A stretch of DNA of 64,000 nucleotides. Source: an uncultured Chloroflexia bacterium (GTDB taxonomy: Bacteria > Chloroflexota > Limnocylindria > Limnocylindrales > CSP1-4). Under the pieces are notes generated by a model. That model had not been told where the DNA came from, searched no databases, and saw only the letters and a list, made by a program, of their open reading frames with translations. The stretch covers positions 64,001 through 128,000 of the forward strand of contig CAVVYR010000014.1 of the NCBI GenBank assembly GCA_963752475.1, given 5' to 3'. Position 1 is the stretch's first letter. Every line of letters begins with the position of its first letter. The position numbers were made by a program, and so were the translations under genes. Positions 56,454 through 64,000 of the stretch are shown piece after piece.

Positions 56454-57347
56454 TCAACGCATGCCCGCGATGCGGGCGAACAGCTGTCCGAACGTGGGCA
56501 CGGAGTTCATCCCGGGACCCTCGACCAGCAGGCTCGAGGCCGTCGCACCCATGAAGATGTCGCGGCCCAGCTTCTGACCTTCATCACCAGCCACGAGGCG
56601 GGCTGCCACGAGACCTGCCAGCATCGTGTCGCCTGCACCAGTGGGATCGATCTCCTCGATGGAGGGGACACTTGGGTACGCGCGAGCCTGCACGATGCGC
56701 CCGCCTCGCATACGCAGCATCAGGCCGCCGACGAGGCCGGCTGTGAGCAGGACATCGCATTCCTCTCCGACCCACGCGCCGACGTCGCGCAAGGAGAGAT
56801 CGCTGGGCACGTCATGGCGGCTGAAGGCAAGGATGTCTGCACGCTCCAGGAACGGCGAGGGGCCGGGTGCCTTCGGTGTCACCCGCTCCCCGGGCGCGAG
56901 ATCACGCAGGATGCCCTGCCAGGCGAAGGCGACGCAGGCCGAGGACGTAGGCACGTCGACCCAGTCGTCGTGGATCTCAGAGGCGATGGGTGCGAAGACG
57001 AACGCGGGCGCTTTCTCCCAGCCGTCGGGCAGCGCCTCCATGGGCACGGGATCGCTAAGCGAGCCACAGGTCTGGATGCGACCAGCAAGGGTCTCGACGT
57101 TGGTGAAGACCGGCCCGTTCGCGAGCGGCACCTCGATGATCTCCGCACCGGCATCGCGGATGAGATCGAGCTCGCGCGCGGTCGCCGCCTGCTCATCGAC
57201 ACCCAGGACCAAACCGGTCCGTAGTCCCAGCCGTGCCAGGGCCAGGGCTCCGAACGTGACGCCACCGCCCAGCATCCAGCCGCGCGGGTCCTCATCGCTG
57301 AGGTCTCGCGTGGCGGAGCCGACCACGACCACGTCAGGTACCTGCAT
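56454..57347 (-). CDS. PfkB-family carbohydrate kinase
   Basis: GGGVTF near the N-terminus; DPTGAGD anion hole. Confidence 0.88.
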   Translation of the reverse strand: MQVPDVVVVGSATRDLSDEDPRGWMLGGGVTFGALALARLGLRTGLVLGVDEQAATARELDLIRDAGAEIIEVPLANGPVFTNVETLAGRIQTCGSLSDPVPMEALPDGWEKAPAFVFAPIASEIHDDWVDVPTSSACVAFAWQGILRDLAPGERVTPKAPGPSPFLERADILAFSRHDVPSDLSLRDVGAWVGEECDVLLTAGLVGGLMLRMRGGRIVQARAYPSVPSIEEIDPTGAGDTMLAGLVAARLVAGDEGQKLGRDIFMGATASSLLVEGPGMNSVPTFGQLFARIAGMR

Positions 57348-57420
57348 CGCGCCTCACTCCACTGTCCACCCGGTCGGTCCCACGGCCGGGCACGTGAGTC
57401 AGAAGCCTATACTCGGTCCT

Positions 57421-57852
57421 GTGACTATGCGCGACGGGGATGCACCCCCCTACTACTTCTACGAGCTCCACGAAAGCGACACCGACCTGTTCGCCGACGT
57501 GCTCCTGGCCCACGCCACCGAGTACGACGAGGCCGAGTTCCTCGAGCTGGTCCTCGAGGCGAGGAAGAAGGTGCTCGACGAGTTCGAGACCGACTCGCTC
57601 ATCGAGGGCGTGGCAACCGAGCTCGCCGAACAGGCCGGCTTCCTCATCATCGATGACTCGCAGCTGCGCGTGGCCGTGAACGTCTCGTCCGAGGAGGACG
57701 GCACGTTCGTGGCCGATGTCGACGAGACCGCCCGGGTCGGCGGCGGTCGCTCGGACGACTTGCGCACGATGCTCGTGGACGTCGAACCCGACGATGCCGC
57801 CTGGGGCCTGCCCGACGGCACTCGCGTGAAGGACGACCGACTCGACGACTAG
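57421..57852 (+). CDS. Acidic hypothetical protein
   Basis: GTG 7 nt after TATACT; 3' part of the 56626..57852 ORF with typical codon usage. Confidence 0.75.
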   Translation: MTMRDGDAPPYYFYELHESDTDLFADVLLAHATEYDEAEFLELVLEARKKVLDEFETDSLIEGVATELAEQAGFLIIDDSQLRVAVNVSSEEDGTFVADVDETARVGGGRSDDLRTMLVDVEPDDAAWGLPDGTRVKDDRLDD

Positions 57853-57870
57853 TTCCGGCGCTCGGCAGCG

Positions 57871-58971
57871 TCAGACGTTGAAGAGGACCTCGATGACGTC
57901 GCCGTCCTGGACCTCGTAGGTCTTGCCCTCGGAACGGACCAGCCCCACCTTCTTGGCCTCGGCCATGGAACCGAGCTCGAGGAGTTGCTCCCAACCGATG
58001 ACCTCGGCGCGGATGAAGCCACGCGCCAGGTCGCTGTGGATGGTCCCGGCCGCCTCGACCGCATCGGAGCCGCGCTTGATGGTCCAGGCGCGCGTCTCGT
58101 CTTCACCGGCGGTGAAGAAGCTGACCAGCCCCAGCAGGTGATAGCTGGCGCGGATGACACGAACCATGCTCGAGCCCTCGAGCCCGAGATCGTCCCGGAA
58201 GATGGCCGCCTCCTCCTCGTCCAGCTGGCCGATCTCCATCTCGATCTGGGCCGACATCTGCGCGACCTCTGTCTGGGCATGACCGATCTGTCCCTCGACC
58301 TCGGTGACCAGCTCGTCGGCTCGGGAGAGGTCGGACTCGCCCACATTCAGGAGCACGAGCACCGGCTTCTCGGTCAGGAAGCGGAAGCCGCGGATCCGAT
58401 GTGACTCATCGGCGTCGAGCTCGACATCCCGGATGGGCGTGCCGTCGGTCAGGGCCGGGAGGAGCTTGCGCAGCACGATCTCCTCGCGCTCGTTGGCCTC
58501 CTTCTCTGCCGCCGTGCCGCTGCGACCGGAGTTCTTGAGGCGCTCCAGCCGCTTCTCGACCACCGAGAGATCGGCCAGGGTGAACTCCAGCTCGAGCTGC
58601 TCGATGTCACGCACGGGGTCGATCGAGAGCAGCGGGTGCGGCACCGCGTCGCTCTCGAACACGCGCACCACATGGAGCATGGCGTCGGCGTTGCGCAGGC
58701 GGGCCAGCTGGTCGGCCGGGATGTCCGCATGGGGCTCGCCCTCGGCGGTGGTGGCAGGCGCCGGCAGGTCGACGTAGGTGACGTCCGCCGGGACCTCCTT
58801 CCTGGGCTTGAAGAGCTCGGTCAGCTTCGTCAGCCGCTCGTCGGGCACCTTGACCACGCCGGTGTTGACGGTGAGCCCGCCGAACCCGCCGGTCTCGGCG
58901 TCGCCCTTGGTGAGTGAGTTGAAGACGGTCGTCTTGCCTGAGCGTGCGAGGCCGACGATGGCGATCTGCAT
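57871..58971 (-). CDS. ychF: Redox-regulated ATPase YchF
   Basis: GLARSGKT, VPDERL, FFTAG, AWTI, IHSDLARGFIRAE, EGKTYEVQDGD. Confidence 0.95.
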   Translation of the reverse strand: MQIAIVGLARSGKTTVFNSLTKGDAETGGFGGLTVNTGVVKVPDERLTKLTELFKPRKEVPADVTYVDLPAPATTAEGEPHADIPADQLARLRNADAMLHVVRVFESDAVPHPLLSIDPVRDIEQLELEFTLADLSVVEKRLERLKNSGRSGTAAEKEANEREEIVLRKLLPALTDGTPIRDVELDADESHRIRGFRFLTEKPVLVLLNVGESDLSRADELVTEVEGQIGHAQTEVAQMSAQIEMEIGQLDEEEAAIFRDDLGLEGSSMVRVIRASYHLLGLVSFFTAGEDETRAWTIKRGSDAVEAAGTIHSDLARGFIRAEVIGWEQLLELGSMAEAKKVGLVRSEGKTYEVQDGDVIEVLFNV

Positions 58972-58976
58972 GTGCG

Positions 58977-59996
58977 TTAGTACCCTGCCTCCGGGTCCAC
59001 GAGGTTGAGCATCTCGCGGCCGTCCCGGTAGCGCACGAGGTTGTCACAGAAGAGCTCGATGCTGCGATCGAGCACGCGGCCGCTGGACCACGAGGTATGC
59101 GGCGTGATGATGAGTCCGGGGGCGTCCCACAGCGGCGAGCTGGCTGGCAGCGGTTCCTCCCAGATGGTGTCGAGGATGGCGCCCTCGATGGGGCCGTCAC
59201 GCAAGGCTCGCAGCAACGCTCGCTGGTCGACGAGCCGGCCGCGGGCGACGTTGATGAGCCACGAGCCCTGCTTCATCTGGGCCAGGCGCGGGCCGTTCAT
59301 GAGCTTGTCCGTCGCCGCCGTCAGTGGCACCGCCAGGACGACGAAATCCGACTCGGCCAACAGCTCTGGCAGCTGGTCGTGGTCGAGGATGCGGTCCATG
59401 CCGTCGGGCATGGGCTCGGTGAAGTCCTTGCGCACGTCCGGCTCCTTGCGCGTGCCGATGACCCGAGCACCGAAGGAGAGCGCGAGCCGTGCGACGTTGC
59501 GCCCGATGGAGCCGAGGCCCACGACGCCGATCGTCACCTGTCGCATCTCGCGTGCCGGCAGCGGCTGCCAGGTGCGCTCGCCCTGGAGCTCGTAGAGCTC
59601 GGGCAGTCGGCGCAGGACCGAGAGGATCATCATCATCGTGTACTCGGCGATGGGCTCGCTGAAGACGCCGCGGGCGTTGGTGATCATCAGGCCGCGAGTC
59701 TCGGCATCGGCGGTCAGTACTCGCTCGACGCCGGCGGTCGCGGAGTGCACCCAACGCAGGTTGGGGCAGCGGGCCAGCAGTCGATCGAAGTTGCCACTGG
59801 GCATGGGCCCGCGCAACAGCACCTCGACCTCGTCGAGGGGCGAATCAGAGAGGCCCTCGAGGGACACGTCGACCAGCCGCGCGCCTGGCGCCGCCGCACG
59901 GATACGCGCCAAGTCGGCCTCGCGGTAGCGTGCCGAGAGGATGGGCGTCAGCGCGATAGCCGCTGGCTCTCGTCCGTCGCGCGGCACGTCGGTCAT
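58977..59996 (-). CDS. D-2-hydroxyacid dehydrogenase family protein
   Basis: GLGSIG, INVARG, EEPL, TPHTS; ATGA overlap with the upstream gene. Confidence 0.92.
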   Translation of the reverse strand: MTDVPRDGREPAAIALTPILSARYREADLARIRAAAPGARLVDVSLEGLSDSPLDEVEVLLRGPMPSGNFDRLLARCPNLRWVHSATAGVERVLTADAETRGLMITNARGVFSEPIAEYTMMMILSVLRRLPELYELQGERTWQPLPAREMRQVTIGVVGLGSIGRNVARLALSFGARVIGTRKEPDVRKDFTEPMPDGMDRILDHDQLPELLAESDFVVLAVPLTAATDKLMNGPRLAQMKQGSWLINVARGRLVDQRALLRALRDGPIEGAILDTIWEEPLPASSPLWDAPGLIITPHTSWSSGRVLDRSIELFCDNLVRYRDGREMLNLVDPEAGY

Positions 59997-61198
59997 GTAG
60001 CTCCCCCTGGTTCGATGGCTTCCGGGACGACGCGTCGTACCCACATCGCCGGATCGTCCATCTCCTGCTCGTCCGGTAGTGTCTCAGGGCCGTCCCACAA
60101 GTGGTCGATGGCAACGGCTCCGCCGACACGATAGACGCCCGAGACGAATCGTTCGCCCCGACGGTACTGCTCGAGCTTCATGTCCATGCCGGTGAGGCGT
60201 GCCATGAGCCGGTCGATGGCCCGCCGGCGCTGTCCGCGACGAGCCTCGAAACGGCGGCGGATGCCGGGGATGCCTGGCAACACCTCTGCACCCACGTCGT
60301 CCATGACCCAGTCGCTGAAGCCCTCGAGCAGGCTCATCACCAGCTGGGTCTCCTTGAACAGCCTGCGCTGCTCAGGTCCCAGGAACCCACGGATCGAGCC
60401 CTCGGCCGCGGCGCTGCGCCAGCGGCGAGCGAGGTGAACCACGCCGTGACGCCGCAGGCGGCCGGTCTCGCGAACGAAGAGGGCGACCTGTCGCTCCATG
60501 CGCTCGCGCAGGTACGGCCGCAACCAGGGATGGGCCTCGAACTCGAAAGCGTGCGTCGTCTCGTGCAGTGCGACCCACAGGCGGAAGTCGTCGAGCGGCA
60601 CGTCCACCGCGTGCGCCGTGGCCCGGATGTTCTCCTCCACGTAGAGCAGACGACCGGGTTCCTGTTCCGCGGAGAGCATGGCCACGTCGTACTGACCCAG
60701 CACGCGCGAACCCAGGTACCCCAGCAGGAAGCCCACCTGGCCGGTGGTCACAAGGCGGTTCGTGGCGGCGGCGACTCCGGCACCCAGGCTGTCTTCGCGC
60801 AGGCGTGGCGCGAGGTGCGGCTCGAGATGACCGATGAGGGCCTTGAACGTGACCATGTTGGCCGCGGCCCACTGACTCCGACTCACGACCGCGTGCCGCT
60901 CCACCACGCCGGGCAGCTCGGCGCCCAGTCGCTCCTCGAGCAGGGGTACCACCTTGTCCATATGGCGCCCGTACGCCGGCTCGGTCGCACGCAGTTGCGC
61001 CGGCGTCAGATGGCCCGGGGCGTTGCGCAGGCGTCGACGGGCGATGCGTTCGGCGCGATCCCAGTCGACGAGACCGCTGGGCGCCCTGACCGTCGCGCGC
61101 GTGGCGATGGCGCGGGCGGTGACGCCGAGGCCGATGGCCACCCCGATACGCAGAGCGCGACTCGAGCCGAGCCGTCTGGCGGTGGTGGCGAGCGTCAC
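59993..61198 (-). CDS. Zinc-dependent metalloprotease (DUF2342 zincin-like)
   Basis: VLGQYD, LHETTH, MSLLEG, KLEQYRRG, PAMWVRRV. Confidence 0.88.
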   Translation of the reverse strand: MTLATTARRLGSSRALRIGVAIGLGVTARAIATRATVRAPSGLVDWDRAERIARRRLRNAPGHLTPAQLRATEPAYGRHMDKVVPLLEERLGAELPGVVERHAVVSRSQWAAANMVTFKALIGHLEPHLAPRLREDSLGAGVAAATNRLVTTGQVGFLLGYLGSRVLGQYDVAMLSAEQEPGRLLYVEENIRATAHAVDVPLDDFRLWVALHETTHAFEFEAHPWLRPYLRERMERQVALFVRETGRLRRHGVVHLARRWRSAAAEGSIRGFLGPEQRRLFKETQLVMSLLEGFSDWVMDDVGAEVLPGIPGIRRRFEARRGQRRRAIDRLMARLTGMDMKLEQYRRGERFVSGVYRVGGAVAIDHLWDGPETLPDEQEMDDPAMWVRRVVPEAIEPGGAT

Positions 61199-62076
61199 CC
61201 CGTGCCCCCTGCTGTGGCCGTGGCGCCGCCCAGCACGAGGGGCTCGATGTGGCCCAGGCCGGGGCCGAAGAGCCGGGTGGCCGTCTCCTCGAAGGCGGCG
61301 ACGTCACCGGTGGTCAGCATCAGGTGCGTGCCGGGTGTGAACTCGGGCGTACCCAGATCGTGGACCTCGATAAGGCTCGCGAGGGCGCTGGCCGTCGCCG
61401 TTGCCGAGTCGATGACGGCCGTACCCTCCCCGACGATGGCGCGGATGGCAGCACTCAGCAGCGGGTAATGCGTACAGCCCAGGAGCAGGGTGTCGATGTG
61501 GGCATCGGGCGGCTTGGGGAAGACGAAGGACGGATCGGCCTCGACGACGTCGCCAAGCAGCGGCGCCAGCGAGCGACGGATGGCGGCGTCCACCTCCGCA
61601 CCATGGAGCTTGCCGGCCTCGACCAGGGGAACCAGCTCGGGTGTCGGGTGTTCGAAGACCTCCACGAACGGATCCTCTTCGTTGATGGCCTCGAAGTAGG
61701 CGTGCGAGCGGACGGTGGCCGGTGTGGCGATGACGCCCACAGCGCGAGTCCTGGTGGCCAGCACCGCGGCGGTCGCGCCCGGTCGCACCACGCCCAGGAT
61801 GGGCAGCGCATAGCGGCGGCGCAACAGCGGGAGGGCCACGGCCGTGGAGGTGTTGCAAGCCACGATGATGGCTTTGACATCACGCTCGGTGAGCTCGTCG
61901 AGGCACTCGATGCTGAAGCGGACGACCTCGTCATCGGGACGTGGGCCGTACGGTGTGCGCTCGTTGTCTCCAAGATAGACGGTGTCCTCCGCGGGCAAGC
62001 GGCGGATGACCTCGCGCAGGACGGTGAGGCCCCCGACCCCCGAGTCGAAGAAACCGATGGGCCTCGGATCACCCAT
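61195..62076 (-). CDS. murI: Glutamate racemase
   Basis: FDSGVGGLTV, PYG, ACNT, LGCTHY. Confidence 0.96.
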   Translation of the reverse strand: MGDPRPIGFFDSGVGGLTVLREVIRRLPAEDTVYLGDNERTPYGPRPDDEVVRFSIECLDELTERDVKAIIVACNTSTAVALPLLRRRYALPILGVVRPGATAAVLATRTRAVGVIATPATVRSHAYFEAINEEDPFVEVFEHPTPELVPLVEAGKLHGAEVDAAIRRSLAPLLGDVVEADPSFVFPKPPDAHIDTLLLGCTHYPLLSAAIRAIVGEGTAVIDSATATASALASLIEVHDLGTPEFTPGTHLMLTTGDVAAFEETATRLFGPGLGHIEPLVLGGATATAGGTG

Positions 62077-62081
62077 CGAGG

Positions 62082-63266
62082 TCAGCGGGTCGTCTGGGCC
62101 ACGGGCGGCGCGGCTGCCGCTCCGCCTCCGGCTCCGGCCGGATCGGGCTGCGCGGTCAGTCGTTGCACGACCTCCATGATCGCCTGGCTGGCCTTGGCCT
62201 TCGGCTGCGCCAGCACGAAGGGCACGCCTTCGGCCGAGGTGGCCTTGATCAGCTGCTGGTCGTCGGGGATGGCGACGTCCGGCAGGCGACCGAGTTCGGC
62301 GGCCATCTGCTCCGGCTTGATCCCGGGGCTGCCGGCGCGGTTCATCACCAGCATCATCTTGTCCGGCGGCATGCCGGCGGCGACGAAGGACTGCCCGGCC
62401 AAGCGCGCGGTGCGGACCGAGTTGCGGTCCGGCGTGATGACGCTGAGGATGCTGTCGGCGTCATCGAGGTAGGCCAGCGTGGTATCGGTCACGGCCGGCG
62501 GGGAATCGATGACCACGACGTTGTAGATGCGGCGCAAGAGGGAGATGACCTTCTCCACGTCGCGGCTGGTGATCATCTCGGCCTGCTCCACACGCGGGGG
62601 TGCCAGCAGCAGGTCGATGCCGGACGGGTCGCGCCACAGCACCGAGGCCAGGTCGCTCTCGGCGATGCGATCGGTGGGCAGCTGCAGGATCGAAGGTGCC
62701 GTGTCGGGCACGCGCAACAGGCCACGCAGATCGCTGAACTGGAGGTCGCCATCGATGAGCACCACGCGCACGCCGGGCATCTGGCCGAAGGCGACGGCGG
62801 TGTTGTAGGCGATGGTGGTACGACCGACGCCACCCTTGCCCGAGTAGACGACGTACGAGCGCGACATGGCACTGGGCGCGGTCGCGCGATACTGGGCGCT
62901 CGAGCGGTTGAGCGCGTTCATCAGCTCGTAGCCTGAGAACGGCATCGAGAGCACTTCGGTGATGCCCATGCCTTCACCGGCTTTCACCGGCTTCTGTGGC
63001 ACGGTCACGATGATGATGGGGATGCGAATGCCAGCCGAGCGGACCTGCTCGGCGACCTCGAGGCCATTGACCTTGCCCTGGAGGAGTGCGTCGACCATGA
63101 GCGCGTCGGGGCGCAGCTCGCGGATCTGGTCCATCACCATCCGGCCGTCGGTGACGGTATCGAGGAGGCGGACCTGCTTCTGATGCTGCAGGAGATTGCG
63201 GACGTATTGCGAGACCTGCTGGACGTCTTCGACGAGTAGCAGGCGAATCTGTTCGTCGGTAGCCAC
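62082..63266 (-). CDS. Receiver-domain plus MinD/ParA ATPase (CpaE/TadZ-like)
   Basis: N-terminal REC (LLVED...MVD); GKGGVGRT; LIDGDLQF; VIDSPP. Start GTG 63266, 6 nt after TATAGT. Confidence 0.85.
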   Translation of the reverse strand: MATDEQIRLLLVEDVQQVSQYVRNLLQHQKQVRLLDTVTDGRMVMDQIRELRPDALMVDALLQGKVNGLEVAEQVRSAGIRIPIIIVTVPQKPVKAGEGMGITEVLSMPFSGYELMNALNRSSAQYRATAPSAMSRSYVVYSGKGGVGRTTIAYNTAVAFGQMPGVRVVLIDGDLQFSDLRGLLRVPDTAPSILQLPTDRIAESDLASVLWRDPSGIDLLLAPPRVEQAEMITSRDVEKVISLLRRIYNVVVIDSPPAVTDTTLAYLDDADSILSVITPDRNSVRTARLAGQSFVAAGMPPDKMMLVMNRAGSPGIKPEQMAAELGRLPDVAIPDDQQLIKATSAEGVPFVLAQPKAKASQAIMEVVQRLTAQPDPAGAGGGAAAAPPVAQTTR

Positions 63267-63273
63267 CGCGGGA

Positions 63274-64000
63274 CTATACCAACCGCGCCACAAGGATGAC
63301 CCGGTGACTTGAGGGGCCGTGGGGGGTGGATAGATGGTCACCCCACAGGTCCACCCTCCCGAACCCGGCTTCCTGGGCCAATCCGCGGAGGTGTTCGGCG
63401 CTCACGAGATGGATCCGATCCTGGTGTGTGACGCGTGACAGCGGTCCGCCGTTGGGCGGGGTCCACTCATAGATCTGGGTCAGCAGCACCGAGTCGTCCG
63501 AGGCGTCGTGCATGGCGCTGATGGACTTGCTCACCTCTTCGCCGCTCTTGGGGTCGATGCGCAGCCACTCATGCTGCCGACGGCCGTCGAAGCGCTCGAG
63601 CTCCGCCCGGTCGGGCGTGCCGACCTCCACCACGGCGATGCCTCCATCGCGCAGGCACCTGCGCATCACGCCCAGGATGGCCAGGCGGGCACCATCGTCC
63701 TCGGCGAGCAGGAAGGTGTTGACCGCGATCAGCGCCAGGCCGAAACGCGGCTCTGGCTTCAGATCGAAGAAGTCGCCGGGCTCGAGCCTCAGTCGTCCGG
63801 AGTCGAGGGTGCCCCTGGTCTCCTCCCACCTGCGCCGTCCGCATTCGAGCATGGCCTCGTCGTTGTCGATGCCCAGCACCTGGTGGCCCGCGAGCGCCAG
63901 CGGGATGGCGATGCGGCCGCTGCCGACGCCCAGCTCGAGGACCGGGTCACCGCCCTCCTGTGCCAGCTGCTGGTAGAGCTCGGCGTCGTAGTGCACGTCG
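63274..64000 (-). CDS. Class I SAM-dependent methyltransferase (5' end outside window)
   Basis: VLELGVGSGRIA, GID...ML. Confidence 0.88.
   Translation of the reverse strand, partial: DVHYDAELYQQLAQEGGDPVLELGVGSGRIAIPLALAGHQVLGIDNDEAMLECGRRRWEETRGTLDSGRLRLEPGDFFDLKPEPRFGLALIAVNTFLLAEDDGARLAILGVMRRCLRDGGIAVVEVGTPDRAELERFDGRRQHEWLRIDPKSGEEVSKSISAMHDASDDSVLLTQIYEWTPPNGGPLSRVTHQDRIHLVSAEHLRGLAQEAGFGRVDLWGDHLSTPHGPSSHRVILVARLV

Noticed and set aside
56454-57347. Naming the PfkB gene iolC
   Set aside because: It is a separate convergent unit and shows only generic PfkB motifs, so the assignment is left open.

Overview
A high-GC bacterial chromosomal segment made mostly of core genes. Gene content and style suggest Chloroflexota, possibly Limnocylindria (inference, not tested). 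In order: aspS (cut by the window edge), a 6S-RNA-like hairpin, an SGNH protein, a DMT transporter, FemABX-1, hisS, relA/spoT, two paralogous secreted proteins, a serine hydrolase, murE, FemABX-2 and -3, murJ, xerC, topA, an RTX-like Ca-binding protein, dprA, comM, a HipA-like kinase plus DUF3037, stomatin/NfeD, NUDIX, TrpB2, a 2H phosphoesterase, a HAD hydrolase, an orphan DnaB-C domain ATPase, an M20 dipeptidase, ftsH, tRNA(CAT), a FtsB-like protein, MrfAB-like helicase/exonuclease, an osmoprotectant ABC transporter, an inositol catabolic locus, PfkB, ychF, a 2-hydroxyacid dehydrogenase, a zincin, murI, a CpaE-like ATPase and a methyltransferase. I see no prophage, IS element or CRISPR array. 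Best leads: (1) an iol operon where an atypical transaldolase-family enzyme stands in place of iolC/iolJ, suggesting a kinase-free inositol route; (2) a ~160-nt 6S-like RNA next to aspS; (3) two genes that seem to need CTG starts overlapping the upstream TGA; (4) three FemABX paralogs plus a MurE with EDPR; (5) many apparently leaderless genes. At least two apparent single-base frameshifts may be assembly errors.
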